DNA of 64,000 nucleotides from positions 5,237 to 69,236 of the forward strand of contig JASGMJ010000009.1 of assembly GCA_030156535.1 (NCBI GenBank), read 5' to 3'. The notes under the pieces were generated by a model. It saw only the letters and a list, made by a program, of their open reading frames with translations, made no database searches and was not told the DNA's origin. The stretch comes from Candidatus Sumerlaeota bacterium. Lineage in GTDB: Bacteria > Sumerlaeota > Sumerlaeia > SLMS01 > JAHLLQ01. Position numbers and translations under genes: made by a program. This document shows, one piece after another, positions 19,181-27,648 of this stretch. Positions within the stretch are counted from its first letter, which is position 1. Every line of letters begins with the position of its first letter.

Positions 19181-20680
19181 ATGACGCCCTCTTCCTCTTC
19201 CTCGTCCGCTCCCCCCCCTTTGTCCAGGGGGGAGCGTGAAACGATGGAGGGGAAGGGCGGCTTCCTCCGCCGCCACGCAGACACGTGGATCGCCCTCGGA
19301 TTGCTGGCCTGTTTTGCCCTGTCGCGCTTCATCGCCGTTCGCCAAGGGCTCGTCTTTAATTTCGACATCCTTGATTTCGGCTATCAGTTTCTCGACCCGG
19401 CTCTTCTCAAACACGACCTTTCTCGCAGCCTCTGGTTCCTTCATTCCCAGCCACCTGGCTTCAATCTCTTCCTCGGTGTGATACTGAAGCTCGCGCCCGG
19501 AACGGGCCGCACGCTCTTCGCCTGGGCGTTCCGGTTGATGGGTGTGCTGCTCGTGCCGAGCCTGTTTTTCCTGCAGCGCCGTCTCGGCGTGCCGCGTGCG
19601 GTGGCGGCGGGCGCGACGCTTCTCGTCGTTCTGTCTCCCGCCGCGTTGCTCTATGAAAACTGGCTCTTCTACACGTATCCGGTGGCGTTGTTGCTCGTCG
19701 TTGCCGCGCTCTGCTTCGCCCGTTTTGCCGAGCAGGGCAAAGCCCTCGACGGTTTCGCCCTGTTCGCCGCGCTCGCCGCACTCGTGTATCTTCGCAGCAT
19801 CTTCCACCCCGTCTGGTTTCTCGCGCTCGTGGCGCTGGCCGCATGGAGCCGTGGGCGTGGCGAGTGGCGCCGCACCGCGCTGCTTGCGCTGGGCCCCTTT
19901 GTCCTCGTCCTCGCGCTCTTCGGCAAGAACCTCGTTCTGTTCGGCGAGTTCACGTCGAGCACCTGGCTCGGCATGAGTGCCTCAAAAATGACCACGACCG
20001 GTCTGACGGACGAGGAGTGGGCACGCCTTCGCGCAGAGCCCGGCTATCCCGCGATCCTCGACATCGAAACCTTCGAGAGCGTCGCCCGCTACGAGCCCTT
20101 TCTCCCTCCGCATCAGGCACGCGGCATTCCGGCGCTCGACACGATCGACAAAACAACCGGCTACACCATCGAGGAACGTTTCATTCCGTTCTTCAATCTC
20201 AATCATGCCCAGGTGATCGACGCCGCGCACCTGTACGGAGATGCCGCCAAATGGGTCTTCGCGCGCGAGCCGATGGGCTACTGGCGTTCCGTCAACCTGG
20301 CGCTCATCGTGTTCTTCAAGCCGGCGAGCGAGTATCTCTTCCTTGCACAGACGCCCGGCGACATTCGCGGCTACGAGAAAGCCTACAATCTCATCGTCCA
20401 CGGCAAGATCGGCCGCCACACCTACATCAACGACGAAGGCCGCGTCGAGTATGGCGACCGCCGCAACGATTGGGCAAACATCGGTTTTCTTCTTCCGCCG
20501 CTGGTGCTTCTGCCCATCCTCTACGGTTTTTGGCTGTTCTGCGGAATCGTGCGGAGACGGCGTGCCGCCACTCCGGCCGATCATGCCATCCTGTTTCTGG
20601 CGGCCAACATAACATGGCGTGGATCACGCTGCTTGGGGTCTTTCTGGAAGTGGGCGAGAACAATCGCTTCCGCTACATGA
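19181..20680 (+). CDS. Polytopic membrane protein, GT-C-fold glycosyltransferase-like (ArnT/PMT-like). The start may be an internal Met near 19244.
   Basis: Many TM helices. A first-loop acidic motif (FNFDILDFGY) and HSQPPGF resembling the HPPL motif of GT39/GT83. A possible C-terminal frameshift is listed in the findings. Confidence 0.4.
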   Translation: MTPSSSSSSAPPPLSRGERETMEGKGGFLRRHADTWIALGLLACFALSRFIAVRQGLVFNFDILDFGYQFLDPALLKHDLSRSLWFLHSQPPGFNLFLGVILKLAPGTGRTLFAWAFRLMGVLLVPSLFFLQRRLGVPRAVAAGATLLVVLSPAALLYENWLFYTYPVALLLVVAALCFARFAEQGKALDGFALFAALAALVYLRSIFHPVWFLALVALAAWSRGRGEWRRTALLALGPFVLVLALFGKNLVLFGEFTSSTWLGMSASKMTTTGLTDEEWARLRAEPGYPAILDIETFESVARYEPFLPPHQARGIPALDTIDKTTGYTIEERFIPFFNLNHAQVIDAAHLYGDAAKWVFAREPMGYWRSVNLALIVFFKPASEYLFLAQTPGDIRGYEKAYNLIVHGKIGRHTYINDEGRVEYGDRRNDWANIGFLLPPLVLLPILYGFWLFCGIVRRRRAATPADHAILFLAANITWRGSRCLGSFWKWARTIASAT

Positions 20681-20796
20681 TGGAGCCCGCAAACGTCGCG
20701 TTGGCTGCCGTCCTGTTGGCCCGGGGGGGTGCCTTCGCTCGCGGGAGAGCGGCATCGCGGCGTGCGGAGAACGCCTGATTCCCGTGTGGCGCGGCA

Positions 20797-23205
20797 TCAT
20801 CCCATGCGCGCGGTCATCTTCTCGACTTCTTCCCGGGTGGTGTTGCCCATGCCGCTTTCCGTGGGCACCTTGGGGCTGCTCTTGCTGTCGCGGCGCTGCT
20901 GAGGCTCGGATTTCTTGTCGGGATAGTCGATACGCGTGTGGAAGCGGCTTCTGAGCGTCTTGACGAAGGACTCGCGGATGATGTTCAGATCGCGCAGCGT
21001 CAGGTTGCAGTTGTCGAACTGGCCGTCGTTGAACTTTTCCGTGATGGCGTTGCGCACAATCAGCTCGATGTCGTCCTCGCGCACGGCCCGGGCACTCAGC
21101 TTCGCCGTCGCCGTCGCCTCCACCGTGTCGGCGAGCATCACGATGGCCGACTCGATCGTCTGTGGCTTTGGCCCCGGATAGCGGTAATCGTCCTCGCGCA
21201 CCGGTTCCTTCATCTCGCCTTTCTCGAATGCCTTCTGGGCTTTTCGGTAGAAGTACTGGATCAGGCTCGTGCCGTGGTGTTCCGCGATGAAGTCCGCGAC
21301 CACGGGCGGCAACTTGTGGCGCTTGGCCAGCTCCAGTCCCTCCTTCACGTGATTGCGAATAATCAGCGTGGACATCTGCGGCCGCAGATCGTCGTGGCGC
21401 TTGCGGTCTTCCGGCGTGATCTGGTTCTCCGTGAAGTACTCGGGTTTCGACATCTTGCCCACGTCGTGGTAATAGCACCCCGCGCGCACCAACAGGTAGT
21501 TCACGCCGATCGCCGTGGCCGCCGACTCCGCCAGCTTCGCCACGTTCAGCGTGTGTTGCAGCGTCCCCGGTGCCTCCTCCTCCATGCGCCGGAGCAGCGG
21601 ATGCTGCAGGCCGCACAACTCCAGCAGCCGCATGTCCGTCGTGATCTGAAAGAGCACCTCGAAAACGGGCAGCACCGCGAACGAAATCAGCGAACACATG
21701 ATGCCCGAGAAAGCACCGATGGCCGCGCCCGTCCACGCCGCCTGCAGGTTTCCGCCGATGGCGTGCAGAATCAGGATCGTCGCCGCATTCACGAATCCGA
21801 TCAGCAAACCCGCGTACAGCACCTCGCGGCGTTCGCGGAACGTGTACAACGCCGCAACCGCCGTATAGCCGCCGAACAGCCCCACGATCACGAATTCGTA
21901 CTCCAGATTCGCTTCCACGCCAAAGAGCAGGCAGCCCAGCGTCACGAGCATCAGCGCCATACGCACGTCAAGCATCAGCACCCCGAGGATGCCAATCACG
22001 CCCGCCGGGAACGCATAGCCCGCCAACGGACTGGCGTCCCCCGCGATCAGGAGAAACAGGCGCCCAAGTCCCAGTGCCAGCAACAACGGCAGGCTGAGCA
22101 AAAGCACCGCCGGCGTGCTGAACGTCAGCTCGTGGCTGAACTTGATGACGAAGAACGAAATGATCAGCAGCGCGATCAGAACGAACAGCACTTCCGCCCC
22201 AAATCGCAGCGCACGGTACTTGCCGTAGGGGACCGCATAGGCTCTCAGGAGGTCCGCTTCCTCCTCCGTAATCTCTCTCGGAAACGGCCCGCTTTCCTCG
22301 GCGATCAACGGGGTCTCCTTGGCGATCTCACGGGGCCTGTCGCGCGGAAAGCTCTCCCATCGGCGGCGTGTCTCGTCCTTGCTGAACCGCAGGTTCGGAC
22401 GCACCGCCATGTTCAGCAGCCGCAGCGTCACCTGACCCGGCAGGGAATCGAGAACCGCAAAGCTGTCCGTGCCCGTTTCCGCCGGGGCCTCGTCTCCCAT
22501 CGCGTTTTCCAGCAGCGTTCCCATCCGCTTGGGGATCAGGTTCCTCAGCAAAACTTCCGCATCCTCGGGGAAGCGCCGCACCCGTGGCTCAATGCCGGGA
22601 GGAAGACTGGTGTACTGGACCTCGCGAAACTGTTCCTTGATGCTGCTGTAGTGCGACCAGTCAGGCGTGGTGATCAGGAAGTCGTCCCCGTACAGTTCGC
22701 CCAGCACGAGCGCCGCGCGATTGCGAAACCGCTCGTCCCTGGCCAGCGAAGCCAGCATCCGAAGTTCCGCCGCCGGCCAGTTGCCCAGTTGCGGGTCTCG
22801 CTCGGCAAAGTAGTTCGACAGGGATTCGTCATTACCCAGCACGTGGGGAGGGGCGCTTTGCGCGGCCTGAAGGATGCGCTCCAGCCGCTCCATCCCGCGG
22901 TCCTGAACCGATGAGTCGTAAATGAAGACGCGCCGGTGTTCGCGGTCGCGCCGGGCTTCCCATGCCCGCAGGGCTCCTGTTGGCGAATAGGAAAACGCCA
23001 CTTGGGCAACAATGGGCCCCTCGATTTCCGCACCGGCAACCGTGGGAGGCTGGTCCAGCCAGATCGAAGGCGAGACCAGCAGAACCGTCAGCACGAACAC
23101 GACGCCCAGCATCACCCAGCGAAACGGGTGCTTGCCGCGCGGTGTTTGCACCTCGCGTCCCCGGGCGAGTTCCCGGGCCTTGCGCGCAATCGGAACGACT
23201 TTCAA
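20797..23205 (-). CDS. pgpH: 7TM receptor with intracellular HD/HDIG phosphohydrolase domain (PgpH/YqfF-like, c-di-AMP phosphodiesterase family)
   Basis: N-terminal signal plus extracellular region, a 7-TM block, and a C-terminal HD domain (YYHDVGK, HHGTSLIQYFY, LADTVEA). Confidence 0.85.
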   Translation of the reverse strand: MKVVPIARKARELARGREVQTPRGKHPFRWVMLGVVFVLTVLLVSPSIWLDQPPTVAGAEIEGPIVAQVAFSYSPTGALRAWEARRDREHRRVFIYDSSVQDRGMERLERILQAAQSAPPHVLGNDESLSNYFAERDPQLGNWPAAELRMLASLARDERFRNRAALVLGELYGDDFLITTPDWSHYSSIKEQFREVQYTSLPPGIEPRVRRFPEDAEVLLRNLIPKRMGTLLENAMGDEAPAETGTDSFAVLDSLPGQVTLRLLNMAVRPNLRFSKDETRRRWESFPRDRPREIAKETPLIAEESGPFPREITEEEADLLRAYAVPYGKYRALRFGAEVLFVLIALLIISFFVIKFSHELTFSTPAVLLLSLPLLLALGLGRLFLLIAGDASPLAGYAFPAGVIGILGVLMLDVRMALMLVTLGCLLFGVEANLEYEFVIVGLFGGYTAVAALYTFRERREVLYAGLLIGFVNAATILILHAIGGNLQAAWTGAAIGAFSGIMCSLISFAVLPVFEVLFQITTDMRLLELCGLQHPLLRRMEEEAPGTLQHTLNVAKLAESAATAIGVNYLLVRAGCYYHDVGKMSKPEYFTENQITPEDRKRHDDLRPQMSTLIIRNHVKEGLELAKRHKLPPVVADFIAEHHGTSLIQYFYRKAQKAFEKGEMKEPVREDDYRYPGPKPQTIESAIVMLADTVEATATAKLSARAVREDDIELIVRNAITEKFNDGQFDNCNLTLRDLNIIRESFVKTLRSRFHTRIDYPDKKSEPQQRRDSKSSPKVPTESGMGNTTREEVEKMTARMG

Positions 23206-23372
23206 ACTCGTCTGGCTCCCTCTTCAGAGCGTTGCCTGGTCTCACATCATGCCCCCGCACACAAGGCGCGAGGCATTGCCTGCCAACGGTGCCGCACTCT
23301 CTCGAATTTCCGGCACGAGCGCAAACGATCTTCTCTTGCCTGGCGGGGGAGAGGGAACGGCTGCCCGCCGCA

Positions 23373-24476
23373 TCAGGACGCTTCCTGAGTCGAAGGGAGG
23401 CGGGGCGCCGCTGCTCTCAGGTGCCCGTGGGCGGCCGATTCCGCTGCTTCCTTCTCGTTCTTCTTGTCCTGCTCGTAGGCGTTGATGATCTTGGTCAGCA
23501 GGGGATGGCGCACCACATCGCGGTTCGAGAAGCGCGTGAAGCCGACGCCTTCGATGTTTGTCAGGATGCGGTGTGCATGAACCAGTCCGGAGGTCTGGCC
23601 CCGAGGCAGATCGACCTGCGTCACGTCGCCCGTGATCACGGCCTTGGATTCGAAGCCCAGCCGCGTCAGGAACATCTTCATCTGCTCGATCGTCGTGTTC
23701 TGTCCCTCGTCGAGAATCACGAAGGCGTTGTTCAGCGTGCGCCCGCGCATGTAGGCCAGCGGCGCGATTTCGATCACTCCCGAGGCCACGGCCTCGCGGA
23801 TGCGCTCGGCCTCCATCATCTCGTACAGGGCGTCCCACAGCGGCCGCACGTAGGGGTCGAACTTTTGGGCGAGGTCGCCCGGCAGGAAACCGAGCCGCTC
23901 GCCTGCTTCCACCGCCGGCCGGCAAAGAATGATCCGGTTCACCTCGCCCGCCGTCAGCGACGCCACCGCCATCGCCATCGCCAGATAGGTTTTTCCGGTT
24001 CCCGCTGGTCCAATTCCAAAGATAATCGTGTTCTGGCGAATGGCCATGATGTAATCGCGCTGGGTTGCCGTCAGCGGCGAAAGACGACGCCGTTTCAGTG
24101 GCACGTGGATCGGCTCCAGCAGGTAGTCCGTCAGCTTCTCGCCCGCCCTCTTTTCCGTCTCCCGTTCCGCGGGGAGGGCTCCCTCCACGGGCACGAGGCC
24201 CGAGCGCGCGCGCTCGGCCGCATAGCGCATCGCCGAGCGGAACTGGTGGTCGGACAGACGCCCTCGCTGGCGCACGACTTCCAGAATTTCCTGGATCACG
24301 TGCGACGTGCGCTCCACCTCCTCCGCGCTGCCGATGATCTTTAGCCGATTTCCCCGCAGCACCAGCTTCGCTTCCAGATGGCCCTGCAATTCCCTGATTT
24401 TCTCGTCGTTGCGGCCGCAAAATTCCACTGCTTCCGCTTGGCTCAACATGATGCTCGTTTCAATGAGTTCTGGCAA
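23373..24476 (-). CDS. phoH: PhoH-family ATPase (PhoH/YbeZ)
   Basis: Walker A GPAGTGKTYLA, Walker B FVILDEGQN and a KH-like N-terminus. The phoH-pgpH synteny is conserved. Confidence 0.9.
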   Translation of the reverse strand: MPELIETSIMLSQAEAVEFCGRNDEKIRELQGHLEAKLVLRGNRLKIIGSAEEVERTSHVIQEILEVVRQRGRLSDHQFRSAMRYAAERARSGLVPVEGALPAERETEKRAGEKLTDYLLEPIHVPLKRRRLSPLTATQRDYIMAIRQNTIIFGIGPAGTGKTYLAMAMAVASLTAGEVNRIILCRPAVEAGERLGFLPGDLAQKFDPYVRPLWDALYEMMEAERIREAVASGVIEIAPLAYMRGRTLNNAFVILDEGQNTTIEQMKMFLTRLGFESKAVITGDVTQVDLPRGQTSGLVHAHRILTNIEGVGFTRFSNRDVVRHPLLTKIINAYEQDKKNEKEAAESAAHGHLRAAAPRLPSTQEAS

Positions 24477-24642
24477 AGGGGGGCTGCTCCCAGGTTATTC
24501 ACAGGTTTCTCTCGCAAACTCCGGAACACCCCGGATTCACCTCTTCGCCCACGCAATTGTCAATCGGAACCGGGGTGTGCGTGCATGCCTGCCCATCGTT
24601 GTTGGAACCGGCATGAAGGTTGGGCTTTCAAGTCATATGAAT

Positions 24643-25170
24643 TCAGTAGTGCAGGCGCCTGAGATACGTCACCATGCGTTGGTTGGCGCGCCGCAGCCGC
24701 GCCGCCAGAATCTCCGCCGCATTGCGGTAAATCACGGCCCCGGCTTGCGGGTTCTTTCGGCAGGTGCCGCGCAGTGTCACCGCCGGAATCTGCAGCAGAA
24801 TGGAGGGCTCCGACGCCACCGCCGTCACGTGGCGGCGTTGCTCGTCGAGCAGGATCGTTTCGCCAAAAACCTCGCCCTCGCCCAGCTTCGCAATCTCGAC
24901 TTCCATGTTCGGCGAGATCGATTCCACACGCAGCTCGATCCGCCCCTTCACCACGTGAAACACGTCGGTGGCGAGTTCGCCCTCTTCCATCAGCGTCTGG
25001 CCCCGGTAGGCGACGACGGCCGTTGAGTCCCGCACGACTTCTTCTAGCGCGTCTCTCGCCACTCCCCGCAGCAGCGGACAGCCTATCACCAGCAGCCCCT
25101 TGTCCTGCGTATCCAGCAGGCGTTCCAAGGCAGCCGTCCCGCTCTCCATTCCATCGCTGTACGACGTCAC
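24643..25170 (-). CDS. Cyclic-nucleotide-binding domain protein (stand-alone cNMP-binding, no HTH)
   Basis: FGETILLDEQRRHVTAVA matches the cNMP-binding FGE...RSA-type motif. The small size has no room for a DNA-binding domain. Confidence 0.7.
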   Translation of the reverse strand: MTSYSDGMESGTAALERLLDTQDKGLLVIGCPLLRGVARDALEEVVRDSTAVVAYRGQTLMEEGELATDVFHVVKGRIELRVESISPNMEVEIAKLGEGEVFGETILLDEQRRHVTAVASEPSILLQIPAVTLRGTCRKNPQAGAVIYRNAAEILAARLRRANQRMVTYLRRLHY

Positions 25171-25197
25171 GATCCCACTCCGTCAATAGGGCTGCGC

Positions 25198-25746
25198 TCA
25201 ATCCTTCGAGTTCAGGAACTCCAGGCATGCACGCATCATCGCGGGCAAATCCGGTGGTGTTCTCGATGTGACCAAGTTGCCGTCCACCACGACTTCCTTG
25301 TCTTCATAGGTTCCGCCGGCATTGATGCAGTCGGTCTTGATCGCCCCGACCGAGGTGAAGCGCCTGCCGCGCAGGATGTCCGCTTCGCACATCATCCAGG
25401 GGCCGTGACAGATCGATGCCACCAGGCCGCCCTGCTGGAACACGTCGCGGACGAACTTCACCATCGCCTTGTTCCGCCGCATCTTATCCGGCGCATAGCC
25501 CCCGGGAATCACGACGCCGTCGAAGGCCGATGCCTTGGCCGATGCGATCGCCATGTCGGAGGGGAGTGCGTACCCGTGCTTGCTCTCGTAGACCACGCCC
25601 TTTTCCGGGCCGATCACCCTGACTTCGATTCCGGCCTCGCGCAGGCGAAGGATCGGATACCACGCTTCAAGGTCTTCATACACATTTTCGGCGAGAACCG
25701 CCACCCGCTTGGGCCGGGGGCTTTTTTCGCTCTCATTTTTCGGCAT
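25198..25746 (-). CDS. DJ-1/PfpI family protein (type 1 glutamine amidotransferase-like protease/deglycase)
   Basis: The nucleophile-elbow ICHGP motif and the GG pair (VVIPGGYAPD) are typical. Confidence 0.85.
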   Translation of the reverse strand: MPKNESEKSPRPKRVAVLAENVYEDLEAWYPILRLREAGIEVRVIGPEKGVVYESKHGYALPSDMAIASAKASAFDGVVIPGGYAPDKMRRNKAMVKFVRDVFQQGGLVASICHGPWMMCEADILRGRRFTSVGAIKTDCINAGGTYEDKEVVVDGNLVTSRTPPDLPAMMRACLEFLNSKD

Positions 25747-25785
25747 GGCAGACTCCGCAGGAAAGCAACCTCTTCAGTTGTCACG

Positions 25786-26244
25786 TTACGCACCGATTTC
25801 ATCGCTGTCGAGCCAGATTGTCACTGGGCCGTCGTTGACCAGGCGAACCTGCATCATGGCGCCGAAGACACCGGACTCCACGGGGCCGCTGGAGTAGACC
25901 TCGCGAACCCGCGCGACGAACTTCGCGTACAGTGCCTTGGCCGCCTCTGGCTCCAGACTCCGCGTAAAGGAGGGGCGCCTCCCCTTTCGGATGTCCGCGT
26001 AGAGCGTAAACTGCGAGACAAGAAGGATGCCGCCCTGGACGTCGGCCAGAGCCAGGTTCGTGTTGCCCGCTTCGTCGGCAAACAGCCGAAGGCCCACGAG
26101 CTTGTCGATGACCTTGCCCAGCCGGGCCTCGGTGTCCCCCTCGCCAAAGCCGACGAGCACCACGACGCCGCGTCCGATCCGCCCATGGCAAACGCCGTCG
26201 ATGGTGACTTCTGCTTCCGTAACTCGTTGAATGACAAGCCTCAT
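25786..26244 (-). CDS. dtd: D-aminoacyl-tRNA deacylase
   Basis: MRLVIQRV..., the SQFTL motif and the NDGPVT motif. ~150 aa. Confidence 0.9.
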   Translation of the reverse strand: MRLVIQRVTEAEVTIDGVCHGRIGRGVVVLVGFGEGDTEARLGKVIDKLVGLRLFADEAGNTNLALADVQGGILLVSQFTLYADIRKGRRPSFTRSLEPEAAKALYAKFVARVREVYSSGPVESGVFGAMMQVRLVNDGPVTIWLDSDEIGA

Positions 26245-26403
26245 ACTTTGGCCGACTCCTATTGTCGTGCCTCTTCCCTCACCCCCGCGGGGTGGTCAAC
26301 CCATCTTGCCCGTCCGGATTTGGCGGGTGATTTGGGCAGATGCCCTGTTGTTGATCCTCTTGGCACTGACATCGCTGTGCACCATGCTACCTTGAACGCG
26401 GGA

Positions 26404-27648
26404 ATGGGATCCCATCGCATGGCCTTTCATCTTCCACCTCTCAAGCGGCTTTACCAGCGTCTTCGCACCCGATGGCGCGAGACCATGCGGACGCGTTGGG
26501 TCTACCGCCTTCCCGTCGACGGGGCCGTGTTCATTTTCGTCACGCTGCTCATCGGGCTGGCCGCGATGAACACCGGCGCCCAGCTCCTCTACCTCGTCTT
26601 CGGCATGATGTGCGCCCTGTGGATTCTTTCCGATTTCATGGCGACGTCCTCCATGAGCCGGTTGCGCTTCTCCCGCCATCTTCCCGCCCACGCCGTGGCC
26701 CGCGAGCCCGTTGAGATCGCCGTCACCATCGAGAACCGAAAGCGCACTCTCAGCAGTTTTTCGCTGCGGGTTCAGGACAGCGACAGCGAGGGGCGGCTGG
26801 TGGGCGCCACGTTCTTCACCCGCGTCCCTCCCCGGGGGAGCGCCCGCGAAACCTATCAGTGCGTCTTTCCCCGCCGGGGGACGTACCGCCTCAGCCGTCT
26901 CACCATCGCGACCCGTTTCCCGTTTGGGCTGATCGAACGCCGCATCCACCGCAAGGAGGAGTCCGAGATTCTCGTGCTTCCTCCCACGATTCCCCTCGGT
27001 TCCCTGGCGGCCACCATTCGCGCCGAATTTGGCAACACTGAAACCCGCGTGAAGGGGCACGGTTCGGGCCTCTACGGCATCCGCGAGTACACCGAGGGGG
27101 AATCCGCGCGCGATATCCACTGGAAACTTTCCGCCCGCGCCTCGTCGCTCATGATCCGCGAATTTGAAAGCGACCGCCGCCGCAACGCCACCATCATCCT
27201 CGACAACCGCTTTCCCGCCAGCGCGAACAAGACCGACCGCGACAACCTCGAACGCGGCATCGTTCTCGCCGCCTCCCTGGTGCTTTGGCTCCTCGGCCGT
27301 GGATACGAAGTCGAACTCGCCACGGCCTCCGGGCGCGTTCCTTTTGGGGCGGGTGCGTCCCATCGTACCCGGCTTCTTCGCGCTCTTGCCTTGCTGGAGC
27401 CGCTGTTGGAAACAGGATGCGATCCGATGCTCAGTCTTCAGGATCCGCACAGCCTGCGTCTGGCCGTGCTCTATCGCGATGCCGCCGCACCCGCGGGCAC
27501 GATCCCCATCGCCACGTCCCGCTGGAGCAAACTGCTCGACGAGGTCATCGAGCATCCCCTCGACGACGCTCCCGCCACCGGCACTCTCACGCTCGACGCC
27601 TTGCCCGCTTCTTCCGGGGCCGGCAGGGGGGAGGCGCGCCGGCCATGA
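26404..27648 (+). CDS. DUF58-domain protein (MoxR-system-associated, VWA-like)
   Basis: Two N-terminal TM helices, then GLYGIREYTEGESARDIHWKLSAR (the DUF58 hallmark). It starts at the internal ATG of the long 25405 ORF. Confidence 0.75.
   Translation: MGSHRMAFHLPPLKRLYQRLRTRWRETMRTRWVYRLPVDGAVFIFVTLLIGLAAMNTGAQLLYLVFGMMCALWILSDFMATSSMSRLRFSRHLPAHAVAREPVEIAVTIENRKRTLSSFSLRVQDSDSEGRLVGATFFTRVPPRGSARETYQCVFPRRGTYRLSRLTIATRFPFGLIERRIHRKEESEILVLPPTIPLGSLAATIRAEFGNTETRVKGHGSGLYGIREYTEGESARDIHWKLSARASSLMIREFESDRRRNATIILDNRFPASANKTDRDNLERGIVLAASLVLWLLGRGYEVELATASGRVPFGAGASHRTRLLRALALLEPLLETGCDPMLSLQDPHSLRLAVLYRDAAAPAGTIPIATSRWSKLLDEVIEHPLDDAPATGTLTLDALPASSGAGRGEARRP

Noticed and set aside
20624-22914. 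Overlapping ORFs 20624..21736(-) and 20938..22914(+), 370 and 658 aa
   Set aside because: They are alternative frames or antisense to the PgpH gene, whose HD and 7TM motifs are unambiguous. Their composition is R/Q/H-rich.
23206-23372. Possible tRNA/ncRNA gene in the phoH-pgpH spacer
   Set aside because: It has no cloverleaf-compatible GTTC/TΨC or anticodon-arm features by eye, only a weak hairpin.
23242-24420. 392-aa minus-strand ORF
   Set aside because: It is an alternative frame of phoH, which has Walker A/B motifs. Its composition is R/G-rich.
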